Shown piece by piece: positions 37,534-46,207 of a DNA stretch of 64,000 nt (the stretch's first letter is position 1; each line of letters begins with the position of its first letter). The notes beneath the pieces were generated by a model. The model did no database searches. It was not told the DNA's origin and saw only the letters and a list, made by a program, of their open reading frames with translations. This DNA comes from Candidatus Iainarchaeum sp. (GTDB lineage: Archaea > Iainarchaeota > Iainarchaeia > Iainarchaeales > JAZDDZ01). The translations under genes were made by a program, and so were the position numbers. The stretch is from positions 51,988 to 115,987 of the forward strand of contig JAZDDZ010000054.1 in assembly GCA_043809245.1 (NCBI GenBank), read 5' to 3'.

Positions 37534-38655
37534 TCAGAAGTTCTGGCTGATTATTTTTTCCGCTTCAGTGAATGGAATGTTGAATGCATCTGAAACTCCT
37601 TTATAGGTCACTTTTCCGCGGAACATGTTCAGGCCTTTCATTAGCGCGGGGTTTTCCTTTAAAGCGTTTTTTATTCCCTTGTTTGCGAGTTCCAGGACAT
37701 AGGGAAGCGTTGCGTTCGTGATTGCGATTGTTGAGGTACGCGGGTATGCGCCGGGCATGTTTGCAACGCAGTAATGCACTACTCCGTCAACCTCGTAGAC
37801 TGGCTTTGAATGCGAAGTGGCTTTGGATGTTTCAATGCATCCCCCCTGGTCTATGGCAACGTCAACAATCACAGAGCCTTTTTTCATCTGAGAGACAAGC
37901 TCCTTGGAGACAAGCTTTGGCGCTTTTGCCCCGGTTACAAGCACCCCTCCAATCAAGGCATCGCATTCCTTTGCGAGCTTTTCAACTGATTCCTTTGAGG
38001 ATTTTTCAATTGAAACATTAGGCAGTTCCTGTTTGAGCTGCTGTATTTTTTCGTCGTTTATTTCAAGCAGGGAAACATTTGCACCCATTGCAGCCGCTAT
38101 TTTTGCAGCGTTCTGGCCGACAATTCCGCCGCCTAAAACCAAAAATTTTGCAGGGTCAACGCCTTTCACGCCAGTTGCAAGGATGCCCCTTCCCCCCAAA
38201 GGCTTTGCAAGATAGTTTGCCGCAACGATTGCGCTCATTTTTCCCGCGACCTCACTCATTGGAGCAAGAAGAGGCAAGGAGCGGTCAGGCAGTTCAACGG
38301 TTTCATAGGCAATGCATGTTGCGTTTGATTCAATCATTGCGTTTGTCAGTTGCTCTCCTGAAGCGAAGTGAAAGTAAGTGAAAATAGTGCTTTTCTCGTT
38401 GAAGAAATTGTATTCCTGGTGCAATGGCTCCTTTATTTTCAAAACCAGTTCAGCTGTTTTCGCGATTTCGTGCGGCGAGGAAATTATTTCCGCGCCTGAG
38501 TTCTTGTATTCCTCGTCGGAAAACCCAGAGCCCAAGCCAGCGTTTTTTTCCACCAAAACCTTGTGCCCTGCCGCAACGAGTTTCCCGGTGCCGTTCGGCG
38601 TCAACGCAACCCTGTTTTCATTCTCCTTTATTTCCTTCAAGCAACCAACAATCAT
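37534..38655 (-). CDS. ald: Alanine dehydrogenase (bacterial AlaDH/PNT type)
   Basis: KEIK.NENRVALTP; PMSEVAG; DVAIDQGGC; YCVANMPG. Confidence 0.94.
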   Translation of the reverse strand: MIVGCLKEIKENENRVALTPNGTGKLVAAGHKVLVEKNAGLGSGFSDEEYKNSGAEIISSPHEIAKTAELVLKIKEPLHQEYNFFNEKSTIFTYFHFASGEQLTNAMIESNATCIAYETVELPDRSLPLLAPMSEVAGKMSAIVAANYLAKPLGGRGILATGVKGVDPAKFLVLGGGIVGQNAAKIAAAMGANVSLLEINDEKIQQLKQELPNVSIEKSSKESVEKLAKECDALIGGVLVTGAKAPKLVSKELVSQMKKGSVIVDVAIDQGGCIETSKATSHSKPVYEVDGVVHYCVANMPGAYPRTSTIAITNATLPYVLELANKGIKNALKENPALMKGLNMFRGKVTYKGVSDAFNIPFTEAEKIISQNF

Positions 38656-38656
38656 T

Positions 38657-39001
38657 TTATCCCTCCATTTCAATGCTTTTCTTTTTTTTAACCTCATTTA
38701 AAAGAACCTTCATTGCCGCGGCTCCCGCGGCAACCGCGCTCCAGTCGTTTTTCGCGGCATCAAAGAATTCGCCTGCAGCTGAAAGGCGCGCGTGAACAGA
38801 AAAATTCTGCCTTTTTCCTTCCTTGCCTTTCTCGTGCTCTTTAATGTGCACGTGAAGGCGCAGTTCGTTGGGAAAAATTTTCTTAAGCTTTTCAAATGCA
38901 ACAGTGCATTCGTTCATTAACTGCTCTTTTTCAAAGCCGTCATTCACCTTGCTAATGCCGTCAAATTCCAGAAGCTGCTTTTCTTCAAAAGATTTCGCCA
39001 G
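38657..39001 (-). CDS. Stand-alone HPF/RaiA-like ribosome-associated protein; probable CTG start
   Basis: LHVHIK..FSVHARL..DW..A..L..E pattern resembles archaeal HPF-like domains; GGTGG SD 6 nt before in-frame CTG. Confidence 0.6.
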   Translation of the reverse strand: MAKSFEEKQLLEFDGISKVNDGFEKEQLMNECTVAFEKLKKIFPNELRLHVHIKEHEKGKEGKRQNFSVHARLSAAGEFFDAAKNDWSAVAAGAAAMKVLLNEVKKKKSIEMEG

Positions 39002-39043
39002 AAAAAACCACCTTAAAAGATTAGGTGAGTTTTGGTTAAAAAG

Positions 39044-39694
39044 TTAATGGATTGGGGTATACAATGAATGGCTGCAAATGAAGTTAAACCTGCAGCGGGC
39101 GCACTTATTGGCGTGCGGCGAGGGATTGAATTCCGTTTCACCCCTGAACAACGAGTGAAAGCGGTTGACTGCTGAAAGGGTTTGCTCCCTTAATTCCTCG
39201 GAGAATTCCGTGAAAAGAATGGTTTCAAGTGAGCGGGAATCCCTTACACTCAGGAATACATTGGAGGGTTTGGGGAATATTTCCTGAAAGCACAGGGCAT
39301 AGGCACCCAATTGCATTAGGTCTGCATTGGAGGCAGTGCTTTTTGTCTTGTCGTCAATGATTATTGCGCGGTCCTGGAAAATTTTGAGCTCGTCAATGCG
39401 GCCGTTTAAAAAAAACCTGAAGGATTTCACGCTTAACTCCCTAACAGAAATCGGTTCAGCGGAACCCAAAACTATTTTTTCTACATAACTGTGCAGCGGC
39501 TCGCGCAGTTCTTCCGCTCCGCTTTTGAACTCCTGGAACAATTTCGCATGCTGCCTTGCGCCCGCAACCAACGCCAAGGAGAAAGGCGCCTTTATTTTTT
39601 TCACCTGCGCCAAAAAAAGCGAGTGCTCGCAGTAAAGCATCTGCTGCAGCCAGCTTACCGGTAAAAATTCCCTTTCAACCAATCCGAACATCAA
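39044..39694 (-). CDS. Solo Cas4-like / RecB-type PD-(D/E)xK nuclease with 4-Cys Fe-S motif
   Basis: YC.. N-terminal Cys; GRID..DDK; QLGAY; CxxCxxxxxC; no cas1/cas2 or array nearby. Confidence 0.8.
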   Translation of the reverse strand: MMFGLVEREFLPVSWLQQMLYCEHSLFLAQVKKIKAPFSLALVAGARQHAKLFQEFKSGAEELREPLHSYVEKIVLGSAEPISVRELSVKSFRFFLNGRIDELKIFQDRAIIIDDKTKSTASNADLMQLGAYALCFQEIFPKPSNVFLSVRDSRSLETILFTEFSEELREQTLSAVNRFHSLFRGETEFNPSPHANKCARCRFNFICSHSLYTPIH

Positions 39695-39800
39695 AGAGAT
39701 TTACGCGAGCAGGGTTAAAAAAGAAAAGGGATAGTGGGTTTCCGGTGCGGAAAACAAAAAAGAACACACATATATACAAGAAAGCACTAAATTATTGGCA

Positions 39801-42800
39801 ATGAAAAAAGCAATTTTGCTCGGGGTTCTGCTGTTATCGCTGTTTTCCCTTAGCGTTCATGCAAGCGAATGCGATAGCCCTAAACCAAACTGGTTTTTCT
39901 GCCACGATTTTGAAGCTTCTGATTCAGGGAATTTCGCAAAGTACTGGGATGATTTCGGGGACTTGGTTACAGCAAACAGGGAGATAGCCCTTAGAAACGA
40001 GAACGTACCCAGCCTTGAAGGCACAAAGAGCGTAAGGTTTCTGATAAAGAACGAAACAGGAAGCGCAATTTCCGCTGTCGGAGCAGGGTTCAAAAAATTC
40101 TTTGGCACGGCATACAGCCAAGTGGGCTATGACACTGTTTACTACCGCTTCTACTTCCGCCTCAACGAGCAATGGAGCCATGGCTGGGGCATGCACTGGC
40201 TGAGCTTAAGCGGCTGCAACGTAAACAGCAATGTATGGGGCTGCATGGGAACAGCAGGCCTTAAGCCTGATGGAACCAACTGGTTTTCAGTTGGCACAGA
40301 CCTTTGGACAAACTGGGAAAGCATTCCCGCACCAGGCGAAATTGTTACATATTCTTATCACATGGACCTAACCCCTGATGGCCATGGCGATTACTTTGGG
40401 GAGAACATGACCCCGCACCCGGGAATTTCACCTGAAAGGGGAAAATGGCATGTCATCGAGATGATGGGAAAATCAAACACCCCGGGATTGTATGATGGCG
40501 AACAAAAAATCTGGTTTGACGGCAAGCTAGTCGGAAATTATTCAGGCATTAGATGGCGCTCAACAAACGACGTTAAAATTACATACGCGGGCTTCTACAT
40601 CTACATCCACAACCCCCCCGCAAATTCACTGAACTACATTGACAACGACAACGTGGTTTTCAGCACCTCCTATATAGGCCCCGCAAAATGCGTTGACAGT
40701 GTTTCAATTGAAGCCCCGTGCTATTGTGGTGGAACGCCTTCTCCAACCAATTCATCCAATATTTATGCAAGCGGAGTCTGCCTTGGCAATGTTTGGTATG
40801 AATCCAATGCACAATGCACTGTAAACGGCCAGACAAGAAGCTGCTCAACAGGGAAGAACGGAATCTGTGCAACAGGAACACAAACATGCTCAGGGGGAAA
40901 CTGGGGCACGTGCATTCAAAACCTGCAGGCAGGAAACGAAGTGTGCGATGATGCAGGCAATTTGGACGAGGACTGCGATGGCCTGAGTAACTGTGATGAC
41001 ACAGGCTGTTCCACTAATCCAGCCTGCCAGTCTGCGGAGGAGACTTATTACATTTTCGGTGGCGCAACCGATAATTACTGGCCTGGCGCCTATCCTGATT
41101 CAAGCGACAGCATCACAAGAACCACTAACAACCCTGCCGCTGGAACCCATAACCTGCAGTTCCCTTCAACTGGCGCGTGGATGAATGTAAATATTTATGG
41201 AGTTTCAATTCCGACAGCTGACTTGGACTGGGCAAATTCTTATCTGGAATTCAAAATTTCCACCTCCGCGCCTGTTGGCTATATGGAAGCGCATTTGGGT
41301 TCCAGCAGCGGCGCCTATCCCTACAAAACTTTCACAACAACAGGAACTGGTTATGACACAATACGGATTAACCTAACTGATTTTGCCGCGACAAAAGCCG
41401 CATTTGGCAGTTCAATCGCGGGCTTCTTCATCGGCGGAGGCTGGCCAGCTTCAACTGTTTACATTGACGAAATCAAAATCGTTTCACCCGGAACAAGCCC
41501 ACAGCCGTGCACGGAAAACTGGAGCTGCACTACATGGAGCAGCTGTGTGAACAACCAACAGACACGCACCTGCACGGATTTGGCCGGATGCGGCACCACG
41601 GCAAACAAGCCGATTGAAACGCAAACATGCACAACCTGCACGGAGCAATGGAGCTGCACGCAATGGAGCGCATGCAGCAACGGTTCACAATCACGCACTT
41701 GCTCTGATCCAAACCCTTCAACAACAAATTGCCCCGCGCTTCCAAAACCAATGGAAACTCAGAGTTGCACTGTCGGGCAGGTTTGTGAAACAACGGCCGA
41801 ACACTGCAAATACGCGAGCAACCGCACGGATTCAGGAACCGGCAGCTTCAGCGACCCCTGGAACATTTCCCAGGCGTTCACAAATGCTTCTGCGGGAGAC
41901 CTTGTTTATTTCAGGGGCGGGGAATATGATGTAAGCGCCGGCACACCACAGATAACCACCTCCGGTACTTCGGATGCCTGGATAACCTTCAAGGCATATC
42001 CTGAGGAAAATCCACACCTCGACGCAAAATATATGGGGAAATGCCCGATTGAATTATATCAGGTCAGAAATATCATTATTGATGGCTTCGAGATTTCAGG
42101 GATAGGTGAAGGTCCCTCAGGCGAAACCTGTGGCGGAGGCATCTATCTAAAAGGTTCTGCAGATTTGAAGGGGGAAAATATTACTATAAGGAACAACGAT
42201 TTGCACGGGCTGGAACTATGCACCATAGGGACAATATGCACCAACAGGGGGCTGATAAAAACCTATGAATACAATAACGTGATTATTGAGAACAACACCA
42301 TTCATGACATAACTTCCGGAACTTATGGCGGGAACAATACTGCAGGAATTTACATCATGTCAGGGGGATTATTTGGCCGGCCATATGACGGGATAAATAT
42401 GATAATCAGGAATAACCACATATACAACATGTTCGGCCAGGTGCTTTGCATAAAGCACAAGTACCCAAACCACGGCCCCTACTTAATTGAAGGCAATACA
42501 CTTCATGACTGTGCCACAGCTTTTTATACAAGCGGTCTGGATGAGGCGATATTCCGGAATAATTTGATTTATAATGTTACTCTTGGAATAGATGACGCTG
42601 GTTACCAAGTCGGTTCCTGGAACTACACTGCTGAGCCTTTTGAAATTACAAATAATACTTTCTACAGCATATATGTTGCGGCATTGATATTCAGGGACAA
42701 CGATATCACTCCGAGAATAATTGAAAAAAATATTTTTGTTGACTCAAGCGGCAGCGGTGGAGCAGACAATTCGGCGGATATTTCCATAAGGGAGCCAGTA

Positions 42801-43304
42801 TCCTATGTTGGAATTGAAAGTAATGCCAATTGTGTCTGGTATCCTGGCTCGCAATATCATGTGAGATACCATAACCCCTATAGCTGTTCAGGAGGATGCC
42901 TTAGTTTTGAAGGGGCGCAACTGAGCCCTTATTTTTATGATTTGGATTCAGTCAAGCTCAGTGATTCCCAGGCCGCGGGCCTTTTCGTGAACCCCCCCGC
43001 AGGCGATTTCCATCTCAACAACCCTTCGCTGTGCCCTGGAATAGGCGCATATGCAAATGCACTGCAGTGCACGGTAAATGTTGCGACGCCCTGCACGATT
43101 TTCCTCGCTGGCGGGACAATAAGCGCCTGCTCACAGCAGAGCCTGATTTACCAGTATGATGCAACAGCAACAGTAAACAACACTGTAAACGGCCTGCAGG
43201 CGAATAAATCGCATGACATAAAAATTGAGAACATCACGCAGGGAACGGAGCAGAACATTTCAGCAACCACCAACTCAAACGGAGTGCTGCAATTCAATTC
43301 ATGA
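39801..43304 (+). CDS. Modular secreted protein A: jelly-roll (polysaccharide-lyase/ConA-like) + Cys modules + CBM-like + right-handed beta-helix + conserved CTD
   Basis: Signal peptide; W..IE..NTPG..DG..W.DG; WSC..WS.C repeats; IRNN/IENN beta-helix repeats. Confidence 0.85.
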   Translation: MKKAILLGVLLLSLFSLSVHASECDSPKPNWFFCHDFEASDSGNFAKYWDDFGDLVTANREIALRNENVPSLEGTKSVRFLIKNETGSAISAVGAGFKKFFGTAYSQVGYDTVYYRFYFRLNEQWSHGWGMHWLSLSGCNVNSNVWGCMGTAGLKPDGTNWFSVGTDLWTNWESIPAPGEIVTYSYHMDLTPDGHGDYFGENMTPHPGISPERGKWHVIEMMGKSNTPGLYDGEQKIWFDGKLVGNYSGIRWRSTNDVKITYAGFYIYIHNPPANSLNYIDNDNVVFSTSYIGPAKCVDSVSIEAPCYCGGTPSPTNSSNIYASGVCLGNVWYESNAQCTVNGQTRSCSTGKNGICATGTQTCSGGNWGTCIQNLQAGNEVCDDAGNLDEDCDGLSNCDDTGCSTNPACQSAEETYYIFGGATDNYWPGAYPDSSDSITRTTNNPAAGTHNLQFPSTGAWMNVNIYGVSIPTADLDWANSYLEFKISTSAPVGYMEAHLGSSSGAYPYKTFTTTGTGYDTIRINLTDFAATKAAFGSSIAGFFIGGGWPASTVYIDEIKIVSPGTSPQPCTENWSCTTWSSCVNNQQTRTCTDLAGCGTTANKPIETQTCTTCTEQWSCTQWSACSNGSQSRTCSDPNPSTTNCPALPKPMETQSCTVGQVCETTAEHCKYASNRTDSGTGSFSDPWNISQAFTNASAGDLVYFRGGEYDVSAGTPQITTSGTSDAWITFKAYPEENPHLDAKYMGKCPIELYQVRNIIIDGFEISGIGEGPSGETCGGGIYLKGSADLKGENITIRNNDLHGLELCTIGTICTNRGLIKTYEYNNVIIENNTIHDITSGTYGGNNTAGIYIMSGGLFGRPYDGINMIIRNNHIYNMFGQVLCIKHKYPNHGPYLIEGNTLHDCATAFYTSGLDEAIFRNNLIYNVTLGIDDAGYQVGSWNYTAEPFEITNNTFYSIYVAALIFRDNDITPRIIEKNIFVDSSGSGGADNSADISIREPVSYVGIESNANCVWYPGSQYHVRYHNPYSCSGGCLSFEGAQLSPYFYDLDSVKLSDSQAAGLFVNPPAGDFHLNNPSLCPGIGAYANALQCTVNVATPCTIFLAGGTISACSQQSLIYQYDATATVNNTVNGLQANKSHDIKIENITQGTEQNISATTNSNGVLQFNS

Positions 43305-43311
43305 AGAAAGG

Positions 43312-43740
43312 CTATTTTTTCTTCCTGATTCTTTTCTCCAGTTTTTTTATGACTGGCTCTGACTGTATTTTTGAGCGGAATTCCTGCGTGAAGCGCATCA
43401 CGTAAAAAATCGCGGCAACCCATACAGCGAAAATAATGTAGCTCCATGGCGCTTCGGGAATGCTCTGGAGGAATGCCTGCGGCGCAATTGAAGGGTCAAC
43501 AAGGCCGTGCTGCTGTAAAGCCACAACTATTTTGATTAAAGTGTCTGTGTCGCGAAGTAGATACACAGCGAAAGCGAACATGAATGTGAGAATCAAAAGC
43601 AGCTGTATCACTTCAATGGCAATGAAACGCGGGTCGCTTTTTGCCTTAAGCCATTTCTCGCGCGCCTTGTCCTCTATTGCTTTGCCCGCAAGCTTGCCTA
43701 CTTCCTTTGCGCGGCGAAGCCTTTCCCTAACCTTTGGCAT
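43312..43740 (-). CDS. Hypothetical 2-TM membrane protein
   Basis: Two hydrophobic segments; TATA-like box ~25 nt before ATG 43740. Confidence 0.65.
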   Translation of the reverse strand: MPKVRERLRRAKEVGKLAGKAIEDKAREKWLKAKSDPRFIAIEVIQLLLILTFMFAFAVYLLRDTDTLIKIVVALQQHGLVDPSIAPQAFLQSIPEAPWSYIIFAVWVAAIFYVMRFTQEFRSKIQSEPVIKKLEKRIRKKK

Positions 43741-43780
43741 AACAGTAAAAGAAGAGACAAAGTGGTATAAAAAGCTTCTT

Positions 43781-44506
43781 TCAGCGCCCCGTGGTTTTGC
43801 CCAGATATGCTTTCCTTTTCTTTTCAGGAAACTTTTCAATCGCATAACGGAGCATTGTTCGCGGCATTTTCACAGCGTGCTTTTTCAGGAATCGTTCTTC
43901 CGCAGCCAAAGCCCTTTTGCCTATTTCGCGAAGCATCCAGCCAACTGCCTTGTGGATTAAGTCATGCTTGTCTTCAAGCAGCAGCTCTGCGATTGAAAGC
44001 GATTCATCAAAGCGCTTTTCCCTTATGAACGAAAAAGTTGAAAGCACTGCAATGCGTTTCTCCCACAAATTTTTTGACTTTGCCAAGCGGAAAAGAACTG
44101 CTTTTTCTTTTTTGCTTTTTTCCAGCAAAAAATTCCCAGGAATGTTAGGCGCGGAAAGGTCAACCAAATCCCAGTTGTTCACGCGCTTTGCATTTTCAAG
44201 GTAAAAGTTAAAGATTTCTTTTTTTTCGTTTTCATCAGCTTTTTTGAATTTGCTTACAAGGATGAAGAGCGCGGTGAGCCTGTGCTCGTGCACTTTGCTT
44301 GAAAGCAGCGACTGAATTTCTTCAAGAGAAAGGTTCGGGTATTTTTTCGCAAACTTTCTCTGCTCCGGCACCATCACGCCAAGAAAGACATCGCCTTCGC
44401 CGTACTCTCCTTTTCCGGTTTTAAAGAAACGGGAAAGGAGTTTTGCCTTTCCAGGCACTGCGGCTGACTGCAAATCGGATTTTAACTGGATTAATTTGCT
44501 TGGCAT
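43781..44506 (-). CDS. DNA alkylation repair protein (AlkD-like)
   Basis: FFKTGKGEYGEGD; VNNWDLVD; HKAVGWMLRE; MPRTMLRYAIE. Confidence 0.92.
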   Translation of the reverse strand: MPSKLIQLKSDLQSAAVPGKAKLLSRFFKTGKGEYGEGDVFLGVMVPEQRKFAKKYPNLSLEEIQSLLSSKVHEHRLTALFILVSKFKKADENEKKEIFNFYLENAKRVNNWDLVDLSAPNIPGNFLLEKSKKEKAVLFRLAKSKNLWEKRIAVLSTFSFIREKRFDESLSIAELLLEDKHDLIHKAVGWMLREIGKRALAAEERFLKKHAVKMPRTMLRYAIEKFPEKKRKAYLGKTTGR

Positions 44507-44527
44507 AACTATCTTCGCTTAAAAAAT

Positions 44528-44782
44528 TCAGATTTTTCGGTAAACCTTTTTTCTATGTGCGACGGTAATGGCAGTTATCTTCTTTTGAATGAAATTAATC
44601 TGGCAAATGATCCGATATTTGCCAACACGCAACTTGAATAAATCGTGGCCAGTGAGCCTTTCAAAAAAAAGTTGCGGCTGTTCTGCAGCCAATATTAATT
44701 TTTTCTTTATCCGTTCAACATCAATGTTTTCAAATTTTTTTAGCTCGGAAGAAAAGCCTTTGGTGACAAGAAGCTCGAACAA
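44528..44782 (-). CDS. RelE family toxin
   Basis: KLRVGKYRII; VAHRKKVY. Confidence 0.9.
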   Translation of the reverse strand: MFELLVTKGFSSELKKFENIDVERIKKKLILAAEQPQLFFERLTGHDLFKLRVGKYRIICQINFIQKKITAITVAHRKKVYRKI

Positions 44783-45025
44783 TCAGATTCCCCATTTCTT
44801 CTCTGCTTCTTTCAATGGAAGGACCCTCCCCGCCTTGATGTCTTCAAGGGATCTTTCTATCTGCCTTATTTCATCATCGCTTAAGGGCTCATCGTCTTCA
44901 GCCATATTCACAAGCCTTTCAATTACCTCTGAATAGCTCTCCCTTTCAAAAGTCTTAATTTTGTCAAGCTTGTTTTTAAGGGAAGAATCAATTCTAACAG
45001 TTGTCGCAACAGCCAATTCAATCAC
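44783..45025 (-). CDS. Antitoxin partner of RelE
   Basis: TTVRI..RESYSEVIERL; EDIKAGRV. Confidence 0.82.
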   Translation of the reverse strand: MIELAVATTVRIDSSLKNKLDKIKTFERESYSEVIERLVNMAEDDEPLSDDEIRQIERSLEDIKAGRVLPLKEAEKKWGI

Positions 45026-45029
45026 TAAA

Positions 45030-45043
45030 TATACTTAAGTATA
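45030..45043. promoter_or_regulatory. Palindromic TA operator
   Basis: Perfect palindrome TATACTTAAGTATA immediately upstream of the antitoxin. Confidence 0.55.
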
Positions 45044-45072
45044 CAGAAGTATATAAATATATGCTGAGGAGC

Positions 45073-45552
45073 TCACTCTTCGGTTTTTATCCCGAACTCT
45101 TCGTCAATGTCTTTCGCGGCTTTTTTCATTTTCTGGAATATGCGTTCAATGTCTTCCTCTATTTCTGAAACTGTCCGGAAAATGCTCCTGCTTCGGCTTT
45201 CATAAACGCGCCCGTGCCTTACGATTAAACCTGAGCGCATTAAGTTGTTCAAGTGGTTGATTATTGAGCCGCGGCTCATGCCGACTCTCTGCGACAAAGC
45301 GGTTGAAGTTGGGGGCTTTCCTTTTTCTGTTCCGTCAACGATTACCCTGAAAACAGCTGCAGCGGTTTTGCCGCGAACCTTGCCGCCTGAATCGACAGGC
45401 TTATGCTCTTCAATACCCTGCAGTCTTGGCTCGAAAAAGCCGAAAGTCTGGCAAATCCAGTTCAATTCGTCATCACGGCTGGAAGAAAAAGGCCTTTCAA
45501 CCTGCCGGATGACTATTTTAAAGGCACCTCTGCGCTGAATTTGTCCAGCCAT
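45073..45552 (-). CDS. Winged-HTH (ArsR/TrmB-like) regulator divergent from grpE-dnaK
   Basis: TSTALSQRVGMSRGSIINHLNNL HTH; coiled C-terminus. Confidence 0.8.
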   Translation of the reverse strand: MAGQIQRRGAFKIVIRQVERPFSSSRDDELNWICQTFGFFEPRLQGIEEHKPVDSGGKVRGKTAAAVFRVIVDGTEKGKPPTSTALSQRVGMSRGSIINHLNNLMRSGLIVRHGRVYESRSRSIFRTVSEIEEDIERIFQKMKKAAKDIDEEFGIKTEE

Positions 45553-45639
45553 AAGAGAAAAGGGCACGGAAAGCTTTAAATACATTTTGATTAAAAAGTT
45601 GTTTAATTGATTAAAAAAATTAGTCAAAAACGTGGTTTT

Positions 45640-46182
45640 GTGGATAAAACGCCTAAAAATGATGAAAAGAAAGGGGAACCCCCAGGCAAGGGGCTTGAGG
45701 CAAGGCTTGAGGCTGCATTAAAAGAAAAAGAGGAATTAAAGGATTTGGCGCAAAGAATTCAGGCAAACTTTGAGAACTACTGCAAGCGCGTTGAAAAAGA
45801 AAACATTGAGTTCAAAAAGTTTTCCGCTGCAGGGGTTGTGAAGGATTTGCTTCCATTCATTGACTCGGTTGACAGCGCAATTGAGGCAATGAAAAAAGCG
45901 CAGGAAAAAGAAATTGAAACAGGGAAGGTTGTTGCCGGAATTGAACTGCTCAAAAAGCAGCTGATTGAGATTTTGAAAAAAGAGGGCTTGGAGGAAATCA
46001 AAGCGAAAGGCACAAAGTTTGACCCTCACTTGATGGAAGCGCTGATGCACGAAAGCATTGAAGGAAAAAAAGACGAGGAAGTTTTGGAGGAAATGCAGAA
46101 AGGCTATCTTTTCCATGGAAAGGTTTTAAGGCCCGTGAAAGTTAAGGTTAATTTAATTAAAAAAAACGGAGAAAAAAATTAA
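45640..46182 (+). CDS. grpE: Nucleotide exchange factor GrpE
   Basis: ANFENY.KR; FDPHLMEA; KGY..VLRP. Confidence 0.95.
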   Translation: MDKTPKNDEKKGEPPGKGLEARLEAALKEKEELKDLAQRIQANFENYCKRVEKENIEFKKFSAAGVVKDLLPFIDSVDSAIEAMKKAQEKEIETGKVVAGIELLKKQLIEILKKEGLEEIKAKGTKFDPHLMEALMHESIEGKKDEEVLEEMQKGYLFHGKVLRPVKVKVNLIKKNGEKN

Positions 46183-46207
46183 TTTTAAAAACGGAGTGTG
46201 GTATTGA

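Noticed and set aside
39044-39800. CRISPR-Cas locus around the Cas4-like gene
   Set aside because: No regularly spaced repeats and no other cas genes in the window.
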